From positions 1 to 50,183 of the IMG/VR virus record IMGVR_UViG_3300009085_000039: DNA of 50,183 nt; one strand, written 5' to 3'. The notes under the pieces were generated by a model. That model saw only the letters and a list, made by a program, of their open reading frames with translations. It searched no databases and was not told where the DNA came from. Below are positions 26,106-35,414 of this stretch, in pieces (position 1 is the stretch's first letter; the number at the start of each line of letters is the position of its first letter). Source of the DNA: a virus (Duplodnaviria > Caudoviricetes). The translations under genes and the position numbers were made by a program.

Positions 26106-28636
26106 CCGAGATTGAAGGCATAGCGGGTTGGGAGGGGATGTTTTCGTACAAGCCCACTCAGGTATTGAAGTGGCTTTTAACGAGTCCCTGTAAGATCACC
26201 TGCATATTTTCCGGCAACCAATTTGGAAAAAATGAATGTTTATCAGCACTTACGTTAATAGATACTCCTGAAGGGAAATTCACAATGGAGTATTTATATA
26301 ATAGAAGGATGCCATTTGAAGTTTATTCTTGGGATGGGGACAAAATCGTTAAAGCAAAAGCATCAAAACCTTTTAAGAAAAGTGGTGGTAAACGCTTATG
26401 TTATAAAATTACAATGGCTAATGGTCAGTGGGTAGAGGCATCTTCTGAGCATCGTGTTTTAACAACTTCTGGTGATTATATTTCTGTCGGCACCTTATAC
26501 GATTTTTTTCGCGGTTCTCCTCAGGAGAAAGTTTACGAGAAATATTATAAGATTGCTGACGAACCCTCCCATCGGGAGTCCATTTTGGGATTTTTCCCTT
26601 CAATTCAGTTCGAAGATGTTCTGCATTACTTGAAAAGAGTATTAGGTTTTCTAGGTTGTTGTTTTCACGATTTCCATCTAAATGGTGGACAACCTCTTGG
26701 GGGAGGAGGTAGCGAGACAGTTTTCTTTCGATTATTAAACGATGTTCGGCAACATATTTACCGCCATGTACTGCAAAAGGATGTTCTGGATAGTAAATAT
26801 GCCAGTATCCAGAAATTAGTATGCGGCCTCCTTTCCATCCTGTGTGTTTATCACCGGAACGTGGTCCGGTTCTTTGAGTCTTTATTGCCAGTTTTTTGCA
26901 TAGGTACTCTATCGTATACAGGGGTACATCAAAATATTCAGCGACTTCCCATTGTCTCAAACCTTCTTTCTCAATCATATAGATTAGTTTCTGATGATCG
27001 ACTTTTCCCGAAGATTTCATACGCTCCTCCTTTAATATTTGATGGTAATAAAGTTATTAGCATCGAAATGGTTGCAAGTCAAGAAGTATATGATATGACC
27101 GTTGAAAAATATCACAACTATCTTGCGGGTGGTTTAATTCACCATAATTCAGTTGCGATGGATCAAATCTTCTCTATCTTGGGAACGCACCCTAACGTGA
27201 ACAAACGTGTAAGGCCCGAAGACACCATCAGGACGTTCAGGTTTGCCTCTCAGACCCTCCCCGGGGAGAAGGAAGAGGATGAAGTCAAGAACACCCAATA
27301 CCCCGCGTTCAAACGAAGGCTACCGGCTAATCTTATCGAGAAAGAGATCACGCAGAGAAAACCAACCTTAACGGTGAAGACTCCTGATGGCGGGAACGTA
27401 CAGATAGAATTTGTGAGTTTCCAACAGGATGTTCAATCCGGTGCCGGTGTCCAGAGGAAGCGGATATGGATAGATGAGGAATGTACAAGGGATTTCTACG
27501 AAGAGCAGATCCCGAGGCTTCTTGCGGCGGATGGGGATATTGTGTTCACCTTTACTCCTGTCCCCGGCGCGATAGGTTGGGAGTTTGACGAACTCTACGA
27601 ACGGGCGAAGATCATCTACCGGACCCCTGCGGTACGACAGCGGATTAAAGAACGCTACGGAGAGGACTACCCCGAATGTCAGATAACCAAAAGCAAAGAT
27701 GACATCTGCGTTATCATGGCGGCTACGGATGACAACCCTGTTTACGAAGAGGTGGCACGGAAGCGAAGCCTTCATACCGGGATAAAGATCACGGCGAAAG
27801 AATACATCGATTCCATGTTCAATATGTATGACGATGAGGACGTTATCGATGCTCGAAGATATGGGTTGTTCAGACAGCTTTCCGGCAAGATCCACAAGTC
27901 GTTTTGCGCGACACATATATTAAAGGAAGAGGTTTACTTCCCCGAAGGCATTCCAACCGAGTGGAAACACTATCGTGGGATCGACTATCATCAGTCTAAC
28001 CCTTGGGCGTGTGTATGGCTCTCTTTAAGCCCTCAGGACGAGATATTTGTATGGGACGACTACGCCCCCTCCCCCCAAAGGATGATAACCTACGACATAG
28101 CAGAGAACATCGCCCGAAGGAGCCATGACTTCAGATATGTGTTTAACATGATTGACCCGAACGCTTCCAATAGGCAGCCGAATACGAATTTAACCACCAT
28201 AGACGACCTGAATAGAGCCTTTATGGACTTCCGAACCAGGGGACTATGTAATGGGGGTCACTGGCAAGCATGGGATACCCACGGTGGTCGCGGCAGGGAA
28301 GAACTGACTAAAAGACTGATAAATTCCGTAAAAGTGGGCAAGCCGTTCAATAATAAGGTAGTTTCAGAGGGTCGTGCGGTATATCTCCCGACAATTTGGT
28401 TCACCCAGAACTGTAAAAACACGATTGAAAGTCTGAAAAATTGGCGTTTGGAACAGTGGTCTTCACGGGAATCTCTTTCAAAAAACGATCCAAGGGAAAA
28501 GACGCAGATGAGGTGGTCGCATTTTCCTATTTGTATAGAATGTATGCTCAAGTCGCCCCTTCTGTCCCTTGCCAAATGGGGGAATCTGGATGGGACACCG
28601 TTGAGGCCGAAACTTTATGCTTCAGGAAGGAATTAA
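26102..28636 (+). CDS. terL: Terminase large subunit, intein-containing
   Basis: Walker A SGNQFGK, Walker B RIWIDEE, motif III TFTP, nuclease YRGIDYH; upstream of the portal; GTGA overlap start. Confidence 0.92.
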   Translation: MTEIEGIAGWEGMFSYKPTQVLKWLLTSPCKITCIFSGNQFGKNECLSALTLIDTPEGKFTMEYLYNRRMPFEVYSWDGDKIVKAKASKPFKKSGGKRLCYKITMANGQWVEASSEHRVLTTSGDYISVGTLYDFFRGSPQEKVYEKYYKIADEPSHRESILGFFPSIQFEDVLHYLKRVLGFLGCCFHDFHLNGGQPLGGGGSETVFFRLLNDVRQHIYRHVLQKDVLDSKYASIQKLVCGLLSILCVYHRNVVRFFESLLPVFCIGTLSYTGVHQNIQRLPIVSNLLSQSYRLVSDDRLFPKISYAPPLIFDGNKVISIEMVASQEVYDMTVEKYHNYLAGGLIHHNSVAMDQIFSILGTHPNVNKRVRPEDTIRTFRFASQTLPGEKEEDEVKNTQYPAFKRRLPANLIEKEITQRKPTLTVKTPDGGNVQIEFVSFQQDVQSGAGVQRKRIWIDEECTRDFYEEQIPRLLAADGDIVFTFTPVPGAIGWEFDELYERAKIIYRTPAVRQRIKERYGEDYPECQITKSKDDICVIMAATDDNPVYEEVARKRSLHTGIKITAKEYIDSMFNMYDDEDVIDARRYGLFRQLSGKIHKSFCATHILKEEVYFPEGIPTEWKHYRGIDYHQSNPWACVWLSLSPQDEIFVWDDYAPSPQRMITYDIAENIARRSHDFRYVFNMIDPNASNRQPNTNLTTIDDLNRAFMDFRTRGLCNGGHWQAWDTHGGRGREELTKRLINSVKVGKPFNNKVVSEGRAVYLPTIWFTQNCKNTIESLKNWRLEQWSSRESLSKNDPREKTQMRWSHFPICIECMLKSPLLSLAKWGNLDGTPLRPKLYASGRN
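26418..27020 (-). CDS. HNH homing endonuclease encoded antisense inside the intein
   Basis: N-terminal HTH-like segment, HTGWKGGR, YVAEHRLIIERKLSRYL..EVVHHLDGNRENNNLENL..H; SD AAAGGAGGAG just upstream of the ATG. Confidence 0.92.
   Translation of the reverse strand: MKSSGKVDHQKLIYMIEKEGLRQWEVAEYFDVPLYTIEYLCKKLAIKTQRTGPRSGDKHTGWKGGRILISGYWHIYYPEHPFAVHGGKYVAEHRLIIERKLSRYLLPQEVVHHLDGNRENNNLENLILFSSNAEHLRTELKGKIPKWTPDGRVRQQSYNISRKLSPEENREKNRIRCRQKYNHQKLLKHDAQKMPLPTDH
27054..27082 (-). promoter_or_regulatory. Candidate internal promoter for the antisense HNH gene
   Basis: TTGACT-N17-TAATAA with TGn extension, about 30 nt upstream of the ATG. Confidence 0.4.
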
Positions 28637-28639
28637 AAC

Positions 28640-28786
28640 ATGCTTTATGCGTTCCATTGTAAGGAATGTAAGAAGGTTTACGAGGTGATTCTACCCTTGA
28701 AACAGTACGATAAGAAGGTGAAATGCCCGTATTGCAAGAAAAGATTGAATAAAATCATCACTCCGGTCTTATTTAAGGTGAAATGA
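28640..28786 (+). CDS. FmdB-like zinc-ribbon protein (48 aa, not in ORF track)
   Basis: MLYAFHCKECKKVYEV...KCPYCKK.LNKIIT; TGATG coupling to the portal gene. Confidence 0.75.
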   Translation: MLYAFHCKECKKVYEVILPLKQYDKKVKCPYCKKRLNKIITPVLFKVK

Positions 28787-30687
28787 TGGCAAAAAGACGG
28801 CTTAAAGAGGCAGATTTGGTGTTGGCGAACAACATTTACGACCAATACGACATTGCCAAAAGGGATCAACAGGATTCGGATGAAGAATTTGCCGGGATAA
28901 TGGACATGATTGAGTGCAAACGGTCTGAAAAGGACTATGAGTGGATGTCCGATGTCTTCATCCCGGAGTTTCCATCTATTCACTTGACTGAAGCATCCCA
29001 ATGGGCAAACCAGTATTTCCAGAGTCGTGATTTCGTTGAGGTGTACCTAAGCGATGCCTCCGAAATTGGTGAATTTAGGGCAAAAGCCGCCAAAGATTAC
29101 ATCAACACCATGCTCAATGTGAAGGAACTCTATCACTACCCTAAGTACATAAGGGCAAGGGGGATAAATTCAATCCGTGGACAGGTTGTTGCGGTATGCA
29201 GTTGGAAACAGAGGCTTATAGAGAAGAACGAGCCTTCGGAAGAGATGGCATTAACAGGGTACGATGCCAATTCCGCCCCGGTTTACGACATGGTACAGAA
29301 GCAGAACACGGTTTCTCATCCGGTTGAGGACAGGTTTGAGTATGAGGTAATCGACCCGAGGAACCTGTTTTCGGATAACAAATACGCCTATTCGATACAG
29401 GAAAAGGAATGGGTTATCATTAGGAGTGAGATGACCTATGACGAACTGTATTCCAAGCGATTGGAAAACGGGTACATCAATCTCGACAAGGTGAAAAAGT
29501 GGAAAACGGTTTATAAAACTGATACCGCAAAGGACACCGAGAATGAAGAGAACGAAAGCAAACTTACCGAGCCGCATTTTGATGTTCTTGAACGATTCGG
29601 GAAGACTTGGGCGGTTGTTGAAGACCGTGACGAATATGGAAACCCGAGAACGATTCATAACGGGTACAAAGAGGACGGGTCTGTAAAGGAATCTGCGGAA
29701 CTTGTCGAGGCGATTGTCACGGTGGCTTGCTACAATAGCGATAGAGTCCTGATAAGGCTTCAGGCAACACCGTTTATCACCTCCAAGGGTATTCCCTATA
29801 GACCCCTTATAAGAGGGTTATGCTACGTCCATCCGACCAAGGATGTCGGCATGAGCGACGGTAAGTACGGCAGGGAACTTCAAATTTTAATAAACGACAT
29901 GATAAACATGGGTATCGACAGGTCTAAACTCTCCATGCTGCCTACTTTGAAGGTCCGGAGACTTGCTTGGGAAGACAACGATTCCATCTATTTTGAGCCG
30001 GAACACGCTATGATAGTCGAGAACAAGGACGACATCGAGGAGTTCAGGATCGATGGGAATATTCAATCTTCAATGGACATCATCTCATTGGCGATAAATA
30101 AGATGCAACAGGTCGAAGCGGTGTACCCCACGACAATGGGAAACACGCCAGGGAAAGTGGAAACCGCAACGGCAATCTCCGGCGCGGAGAACCGGGGGAA
30201 CTTGAGGGCAAACTACAAATCCCTTACCTTTGAACATACTTTTCTTTCGGAGTTTTACTGGATGATGCTTCAAATGGGCTACCAGTTCATGCACCCCGAA
30301 ACCGCCACCGAGATCATGGGTGACAATGCACAATATTTCGATCCCGACCAGAACTACAGCTATACCCCTGTGACGAGCAATATCGAGGTGGAATACTCAA
30401 AGGCGAAGAAACTGCAAGCCTTCGACTCTATGTTGAGCCGTTTGGTTGGGCTTCAGAACCCCGCCATCGTCCCGATCATTGCGGCGATTGTGTCACGGCA
30501 ATTCGAACTCCTGGGTGATGAGTACCAGAAATACTCTAAACTTGTTGAAGTGTTGGCTAAGACACCCAATACCCCTGAAGCCGGAGGAGGGAATAAAAAT
30601 CAACCCAACGGTAAAGAAGCAATGCCTCCTCAGAATCAGGAAGGATTGCCCATGAGTGGCATGGAACAAGAGGTTAGAGGAATATGA
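28786..30687 (+). CDS. Portal protein
   Basis: About 630 aa after terL; VIDPRNLF, WVIIRSEMT, ETATAIS motifs typical of podophage portals. Confidence 0.85.
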   Translation: MAKRRLKEADLVLANNIYDQYDIAKRDQQDSDEEFAGIMDMIECKRSEKDYEWMSDVFIPEFPSIHLTEASQWANQYFQSRDFVEVYLSDASEIGEFRAKAAKDYINTMLNVKELYHYPKYIRARGINSIRGQVVAVCSWKQRLIEKNEPSEEMALTGYDANSAPVYDMVQKQNTVSHPVEDRFEYEVIDPRNLFSDNKYAYSIQEKEWVIIRSEMTYDELYSKRLENGYINLDKVKKWKTVYKTDTAKDTENEENESKLTEPHFDVLERFGKTWAVVEDRDEYGNPRTIHNGYKEDGSVKESAELVEAIVTVACYNSDRVLIRLQATPFITSKGIPYRPLIRGLCYVHPTKDVGMSDGKYGRELQILINDMINMGIDRSKLSMLPTLKVRRLAWEDNDSIYFEPEHAMIVENKDDIEEFRIDGNIQSSMDIISLAINKMQQVEAVYPTTMGNTPGKVETATAISGAENRGNLRANYKSLTFEHTFLSEFYWMMLQMGYQFMHPETATEIMGDNAQYFDPDQNYSYTPVTSNIEVEYSKAKKLQAFDSMLSRLVGLQNPAIVPIIAAIVSRQFELLGDEYQKYSKLVEVLAKTPNTPEAGGGNKNQPNGKEAMPPQNQEGLPMSGMEQEVRGI

Positions 30688-30995
30688 AAGACATACAGAC
30701 ATATTTGGAACGGATTAAAAAGCGTAGTGCTCACAGTCTTCAGGTATTTGAGAACAACCTTGATTTTGTGCTTGCCATAAAAACCCCTATCGGGCAGATG
30801 CTCTTAAAAGACTTGGTTGATCGGCATGAGATTCAGTTTAATAAAATCGCCTCTTTGGATGCCACTTATGCCGACAAACAGACGTATCTATACTTAAAAG
30901 GAATGATTGAAACATGGGTGGCTCGCATTGCGAGCTATGAAAATAACGTGAGTGATTATAAGAGTTCCGCCCCAAAAGCCGAACAGAAAGGATGA
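30684..30995 (+). CDS. Hypothetical head-region protein
   Basis: ATGA overlap; TPIGQMLLKDL, typical of the small gene following a portal. Confidence 0.65.
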   Translation: MKDIQTYLERIKKRSAHSLQVFENNLDFVLAIKTPIGQMLLKDLVDRHEIQFNKIASLDATYADKQTYLYLKGMIETWVARIASYENNVSDYKSSAPKAEQKG

Positions 30996-31696
30996 GTATG
31001 GAAAACGAAGAACTGGCCCAGGAAACTCCCGCCCCCGAAGAGGCAAGCGAAGTCCCTGCGCCCGAACCCGAGGTTGAGCCTGATGAACCCATAGACAACA
31101 GGGAGAGGTCAAGGCTCGGAAGACGCTTCACGCAGTTGGAGTCTGAACTTCGATCAACCAAAGAGACACTGGCAAGAATGGAACAGATGTTGGCTTCGCC
31201 CCAATCGCTTCCTTCGGCCCCTCTTGACGACGAGTATGATTCCGACAAGATCCTTACCGTAGGAGAACTTGAGAAGTACGAACGGGCAAAACAGGAAAAG
31301 AGAGATCGGCAACAGAGTGTGTATCGAAGCCAGTATGTTCAGACCATAAAAAGTCTGTCCACTGACCCTGATCTTCATGCTGAAATTGAGAAGGAAATGC
31401 TGACCAATATTTCTGAATATCCTACTCATACGAATCATCAGAATCCGGTACACGATGCGAAGGTGAATTATCGACTTGCCCGAGCAGCCGTGATCGAAAA
31501 GAAGTATGCCGTTCCGAAACCCAATGTGCGTGGAGGCGTAAATGCACCAACGGGTGTGACTGCCACCACAAGGACGGCGACACCTCCAAGGAAGATTGTC
31601 AAACTCGATGAGGCGACAGCCAAATTCGCAAAGGCAATGGGACTTGATGAGGAGTCTGAATTTGTCCAGCAGTCTGTAACAAGGAGTGATCTTTGA
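30992..31696 (+). CDS. Putative scaffolding protein
   Basis: Acidic/Pro-rich N-terminus, coiled coil, C-terminal LDEAT.KFAKAMGL helix; between portal and capsid. Confidence 0.7.
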   Translation: MSMENEELAQETPAPEEASEVPAPEPEVEPDEPIDNRERSRLGRRFTQLESELRSTKETLARMEQMLASPQSLPSAPLDDEYDSDKILTVGELEKYERAKQEKRDRQQSVYRSQYVQTIKSLSTDPDLHAEIEKEMLTNISEYPTHTNHQNPVHDAKVNYRLARAAVIEKKYAVPKPNVRGGVNAPTGVTATTRTATPPRKIVKLDEATAKFAKAMGLDEESEFVQQSVTRSDL

Positions 31697-32064
31697 ACAG
31701 TAGGTACATAAGGACTCATCGCACACGACTTCCGAAGCACCGGCAATCCACACGTTTGCCTGGTTCGTTTGAGGACCGGAACAAGTGGATACGGTGTTGG
31801 AATTGCGGATTCGTGATTAACAAGGATCGTCTGACTAAATCAGATCAAATGGCATCCTCCATAACGGATTATCCATTAGAAAACACAGAGGTCAGGGGAT
31901 CTGGCGATGAATTAAACATAATTTTGTCACAAGACGAATTAGACACGGTAGGGACGATGATACAGAACGGGCTTGATGGTGATCCTGTCACGGATTATTA
32001 CACTCCGAGGATTTGCAAACCATTGAAAGGCTGCCCATTGTGCGGAGTCGTCAACCTGCCTTGA
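31693..32064 (+). CDS. Hypothetical split zinc-finger protein
   Basis: RCWNCGF ... GCPLCG; TTGA overlap. Confidence 0.6.
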   Translation: MNSRYIRTHRTRLPKHRQSTRLPGSFEDRNKWIRCWNCGFVINKDRLTKSDQMASSITDYPLENTEVRGSGDELNIILSQDELDTVGTMIQNGLDGDPVTDYYTPRICKPLKGCPLCGVVNLP

Positions 32065-32077
32065 GGAGGATAAGATC

Positions 32078-32923
32078 ATGGGAATGGGATTTTCAATCGT
32101 TTATTCTCCGCATAAGCCAATTTGGGTTCCAGTGGACACCACGGACACCCTTTATCACGGTCAGTTGGTTTATTACGGTCTTCGGACACCTGCTAACACA
32201 GGTGGAGTAAAGGCGTTGATCGCTGCAAGCGGGATGGGGGATGTCAGTAAGTTCCAGCCCCCGTTCGGCATTGTGGTTGGCGACAACAATGCAACTCCCG
32301 TATATGCGACTGTGAGCACGGCGAATGTGAAACTTCCGTATATCACCGGAGTGGATACGGCGGCGGCACAGATAGCCCGTGATTGGCGCGGTGCGGAAGG
32401 GATGTACTCAAAGGGTGACCCTCAACCGCTGGTTCAGGTAGCGCGGATTACTGCCGAAACCATCATCAGAGGGTATTTCAGAAACAGCGCAACCGTTGGG
32501 ACGACATGTATCACCACGTTGTCTCCGACGGCGGTTGCGACCACGGCGATGACTTTTGCAACCTTCGGGATGACTACGGTGGCTCAGAACGCGACTACCT
32601 ATTGCGTGACAGGGGCAAATGCTGGTCTGTATAGAGTTGCTGCAAGTGCAAGTGCAACTGCTTACACATACACCCGTGAATGGCCCTACACCCCCGCGAC
32701 GACGGATACGTTCAAGACCGTCAATGTGCGTCAGGGTCTTTGCCGTATGAACGTGGACACGACCTACGGGCTTTGGATCAATAACGTGGATGCGTTGACT
32801 TCGAATTGTTATTTAGCCAACGTGCTTAAACTGGATCTCTCTGGCGGTGCCGGTGAGGAATATTGTGACTTCTCGTTTGCTCACGATATGTTCTCGGCAG
32901 CTGCTCAGGGCAGAACGACATAA
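32078..32923 (+). CDS. Putative capsid decoration/cement protein
   Basis: T/A/G-rich, directly upstream of the major capsid gene; SD GAGGAGG. Confidence 0.55.
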   Translation: MGMGFSIVYSPHKPIWVPVDTTDTLYHGQLVYYGLRTPANTGGVKALIAASGMGDVSKFQPPFGIVVGDNNATPVYATVSTANVKLPYITGVDTAAAQIARDWRGAEGMYSKGDPQPLVQVARITAETIIRGYFRNSATVGTTCITTLSPTAVATTAMTFATFGMTTVAQNATTYCVTGANAGLYRVAASASATAYTYTREWPYTPATTDTFKTVNVRQGLCRMNVDTTYGLWINNVDALTSNCYLANVLKLDLSGGAGEEYCDFSFAHDMFSAAAQGRTT

Positions 32924-32935
32924 GGAGGTAGTATC

Positions 32936-33880
32936 ATGGGAAATCCATTGACCAGTTCACAGTTTATCCGCCTTCTGGACGACAGACTCCGCAAGGTGGA
33001 AGTGGATTCCTTCAAGGAGCTGCCTTCTATGATTGACCGCCTGTTCGGGGTCATCAAGTCGGACAAAGCCTGGGAGGAGTTCTATGGGATAGGTGCGGTG
33101 CCTGACATCCCGGCGTTCAATGGAGCGTTGGAATATCTGAGTGTCGCCCCTCAATATTACACCAGGATCGAACCCAAGGAATATGCGGGTGCGATTGTTA
33201 TCGAGAGAAAACTTATTGACGACGAACGCTACGGGGTCATCAAGAGCCGCCAGCAGGGACTTGTCGATTCTCTCATCCGTGTTCGTGAGAAGTTGGGCGC
33301 ACAGGCGTTCGGATACGCCTTCTCGTCTGCTTTCACGTTCCAGACCAGTGAAGAAGGAGTTTCACTTTGCTCCTCTTCGCATACCACTAAGAGTGGTGCG
33401 GCAACGACTACCGGATTCGACAATGCCGGTACGACTGCAATCAGTAAAACCTCTATCGCGGCGACACGGATTATCATGCGGCAGTTTAGAAACGAAACGG
33501 GATCTCGTATCGTTATCGAACCAGATACCCTGATCGTTCCCGACAACCTCTATGATACTGCGTGTGAAGCGGTAGGATCGAACTTTGTAGGTGCAAGTTC
33601 CCAGATGGACCCCGACAGCGGGAATATCGGTAAGATCAATACCCAGTACAACAGATGGAAGGTTATCGCCTATCCTCGTCTTGACGACTACGACACCAAC
33701 AACTGGTTCATGGTCGATTCCAAAAAGATGAAGGACTATCTGCTCTGGGTTGATCGGCTGGCACCGGACATCGAAACCACCAAAGATTTCGAAACGAAAA
33801 TGTTCAAGCAAAGTATCTATTCCCGTTTCGGGTACGGATTTACCGAATGGAGATGGATCTACGGAATGGAAGTAAGTTAG
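32936..33880 (+). CDS. Major capsid protein (Mu gpT-like, HK97 fold)
   Basis: IERKLIDDERYG, DGxxL-like EEGVSLCSSSH, PDTLIVP, NNWFMVD, RFGYGFTEWRWIYG; SD TAAGGAGG. Confidence 0.88.
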   Translation: MGNPLTSSQFIRLLDDRLRKVEVDSFKELPSMIDRLFGVIKSDKAWEEFYGIGAVPDIPAFNGALEYLSVAPQYYTRIEPKEYAGAIVIERKLIDDERYGVIKSRQQGLVDSLIRVREKLGAQAFGYAFSSAFTFQTSEEGVSLCSSSHTTKSGAATTTGFDNAGTTAISKTSIAATRIIMRQFRNETGSRIVIEPDTLIVPDNLYDTACEAVGSNFVGASSQMDPDSGNIGKINTQYNRWKVIAYPRLDDYDTNNWFMVDSKKMKDYLLWVDRLAPDIETTKDFETKMFKQSIYSRFGYGFTEWRWIYGMEVS

Positions 33881-33897
33881 TAGTAACGGTAACTTAG

Positions 33898-34030
33898 GCT
33901 CTTTGACAATTTAGGAGTTGAGGCTTAATATGAACAAAGTCCTCAACAAAACCAATCGGTAGGGGGCTTCGGCCCCCGCCGAATAATCGTGCAAGGGTCC
34001 GTTAGAGTCGGATCGGCAGCCCTTCGGGGG
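33898..34030 (+). promoter_or_regulatory. boxA-like motif followed by stable hairpins
   Basis: GCTCTTTGACAA; GTTGAGG/CCTCAAC stem; two C-TTCG-G tetraloop hairpins without T-tracts. Confidence 0.5.
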
Positions 34031-34055
34031 TGTTACATACAGAGGAGGATTAGAA

Positions 34056-35072
34056 ATGGGATATACGAATTTTCCAAACGGGGTGACAAGTTTCGGCCTT
34101 CCGGTCTTGGGTCAGGCTGGATGCGGGGAGATTTTTCATTTGGTGACCAACAAGACAACCGATACATATTATGGGTTGCTCAGTGACCGTAAGGTTTCTG
34201 AGGATACTATCTTTACCACTCTCGCAACCGCATATGCGGCAATGACGACAAATCAAAACGATACGCTTTATGTGTATCCAGGCGATCACGTCCAAACCGC
34301 AAGTCTTACATGGGCAAAAGATGCGACGAATATCATTGGTGTGGGAAGCATAAACCAGAGATTCCAACCTTCAACCCTAACTACAGGTGGGGTCAGGATT
34401 TCCTGTACCACGGCAGCAGTTGATTCCATCATCGATTTTACCGGAAACTACGTCAGTCTATATAATATTGGCACGTTCAATAGTGCGGCAAGCACATCGA
34501 ACAAATGCGATATTAAGATTTCCGGTAAGAACTTCTTTGCGGATTACTGTTCGTTCCGTGGTGGAAATAGTTCCACGCAGACCGCAAACGCGACGGCTGG
34601 TATCCCGATTTGGGTTGCCTCCTCCGTTGCCGGCGGCGGAAATGCCATGTGGATTAGAAACTCCGTTATCGGGAGTGCCGGGAATGCAGATAGAACGAAA
34701 GGGCCAGGATGTATCTATTTTGAGGGTGGCGCGGCGGCAGGGTTCAATCCTGTTATCGAAAATTGTCTCCTTTCAACGAGGGCATCCGCAAGCACGAATC
34801 AATGCTGCTTGGTTCTCCTTGAGGCGAACTACTCCGTTGACCGTGAGCTTCTGTTTAAGGGTTGCAACTTCTACAACTTTGTCGAGAACCTTGCTTCGCT
34901 TGTTGACTATGCGATTCAGGACGAGTGCGCCACGACCCACATGATTACGATTGATTCACGATGTACCGCAACGGGTATTGATTACTGGTCGAATGCGCCG
35001 ACGTATTGTTTCGTGTGTGCGCCAGCTTCGGATGGTCATGGCGGAATCGGAACTGCAAGCCATACGACCTAG
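34056..35072 (+). CDS. Virion protein with beta-helix (pectin lyase-like) region
   Basis: MGYTNFPNGVTSFG N-terminus; TLATAYAAM..DTLYVYPG beta-helix cap and IENC/FKGCNF repeats. Confidence 0.6.
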   Translation: MGYTNFPNGVTSFGLPVLGQAGCGEIFHLVTNKTTDTYYGLLSDRKVSEDTIFTTLATAYAAMTTNQNDTLYVYPGDHVQTASLTWAKDATNIIGVGSINQRFQPSTLTTGGVRISCTTAAVDSIIDFTGNYVSLYNIGTFNSAASTSNKCDIKISGKNFFADYCSFRGGNSSTQTANATAGIPIWVASSVAGGGNAMWIRNSVIGSAGNADRTKGPGCIYFEGGAAAGFNPVIENCLLSTRASASTNQCCLVLLEANYSVDRELLFKGCNFYNFVENLASLVDYAIQDECATTHMITIDSRCTATGIDYWSNAPTYCFVCAPASDGHGGIGTASHTT

Positions 35073-35083
35073 TGAGGTGAATT

Positions 35084-35230
35084 ATGCCAAAACCGAGTGG
35101 CGGGAAGGATGTTTACGGTATCTGTCCTCAGTGCAACGGGACAGGAAAGAGGAAAACAGGCACAGGGGAAGAGGAATGTCCCCGGTGTGCCGGAGCGGGA
35201 TACGTCATTATCGGTTATGTGGAAAAGTAA
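35084..35230 (+). CDS. DnaJ-type zinc-finger miniprotein (48 aa, not in ORF track)
   Basis: CPQCNGTG ... CPRCAGAG; SD GAGGTG. Confidence 0.7.
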   Translation: MPKPSGGKDVYGICPQCNGTGKRKTGTGEEECPRCAGAGYVIIGYVEK

Positions 35231-35279
35231 CCCCGCCGGGGAGGCGGGTAAACCTCCCCACTTTTAAGGAGCAAAAGAG

Positions 35280-35414
35280 ATGATTTGTAAATGGTGTGGT
35301 GAGAACGATGTCCAATCCGGAGAGGCGTGTGCCTTTTGCGGAACTCTTTTCGGAGAGGACAAACCGAAAATAACGGAAGTCAAGAAGCCAGCCCCTAAGA
35401 AGAAAGGCAAGTAA
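35280..35414 (+). CDS. Small zinc-ribbon protein (44 aa, not in ORF track)
   Basis: MICKWCG...CAFCG, Lys-rich tail; SD TAAGGAG. Confidence 0.6.
   Translation: MICKWCGENDVQSGEACAFCGTLFGEDKPKITEVKKPAPKKKGK

Larger units (their letters stand above)
26237..27148 (+). mobile_element. Intein (304 aa) in TerL
   Basis: Block A CLSALTLIDTPEG, block B VEASSEHRVLT, blocks F/G VYDMTVEKYHNYLAGGLIHHN followed by Ser+1; AT-richer than the flanks. Confidence 0.95.

Noticed and set aside
26237-27148. Group I intron as the explanation for the terL insertion
   Set aside because: The insertion is in-frame, stop-free and bounded by intein motifs (Cys...HN/Ser); I saw no intron core elements
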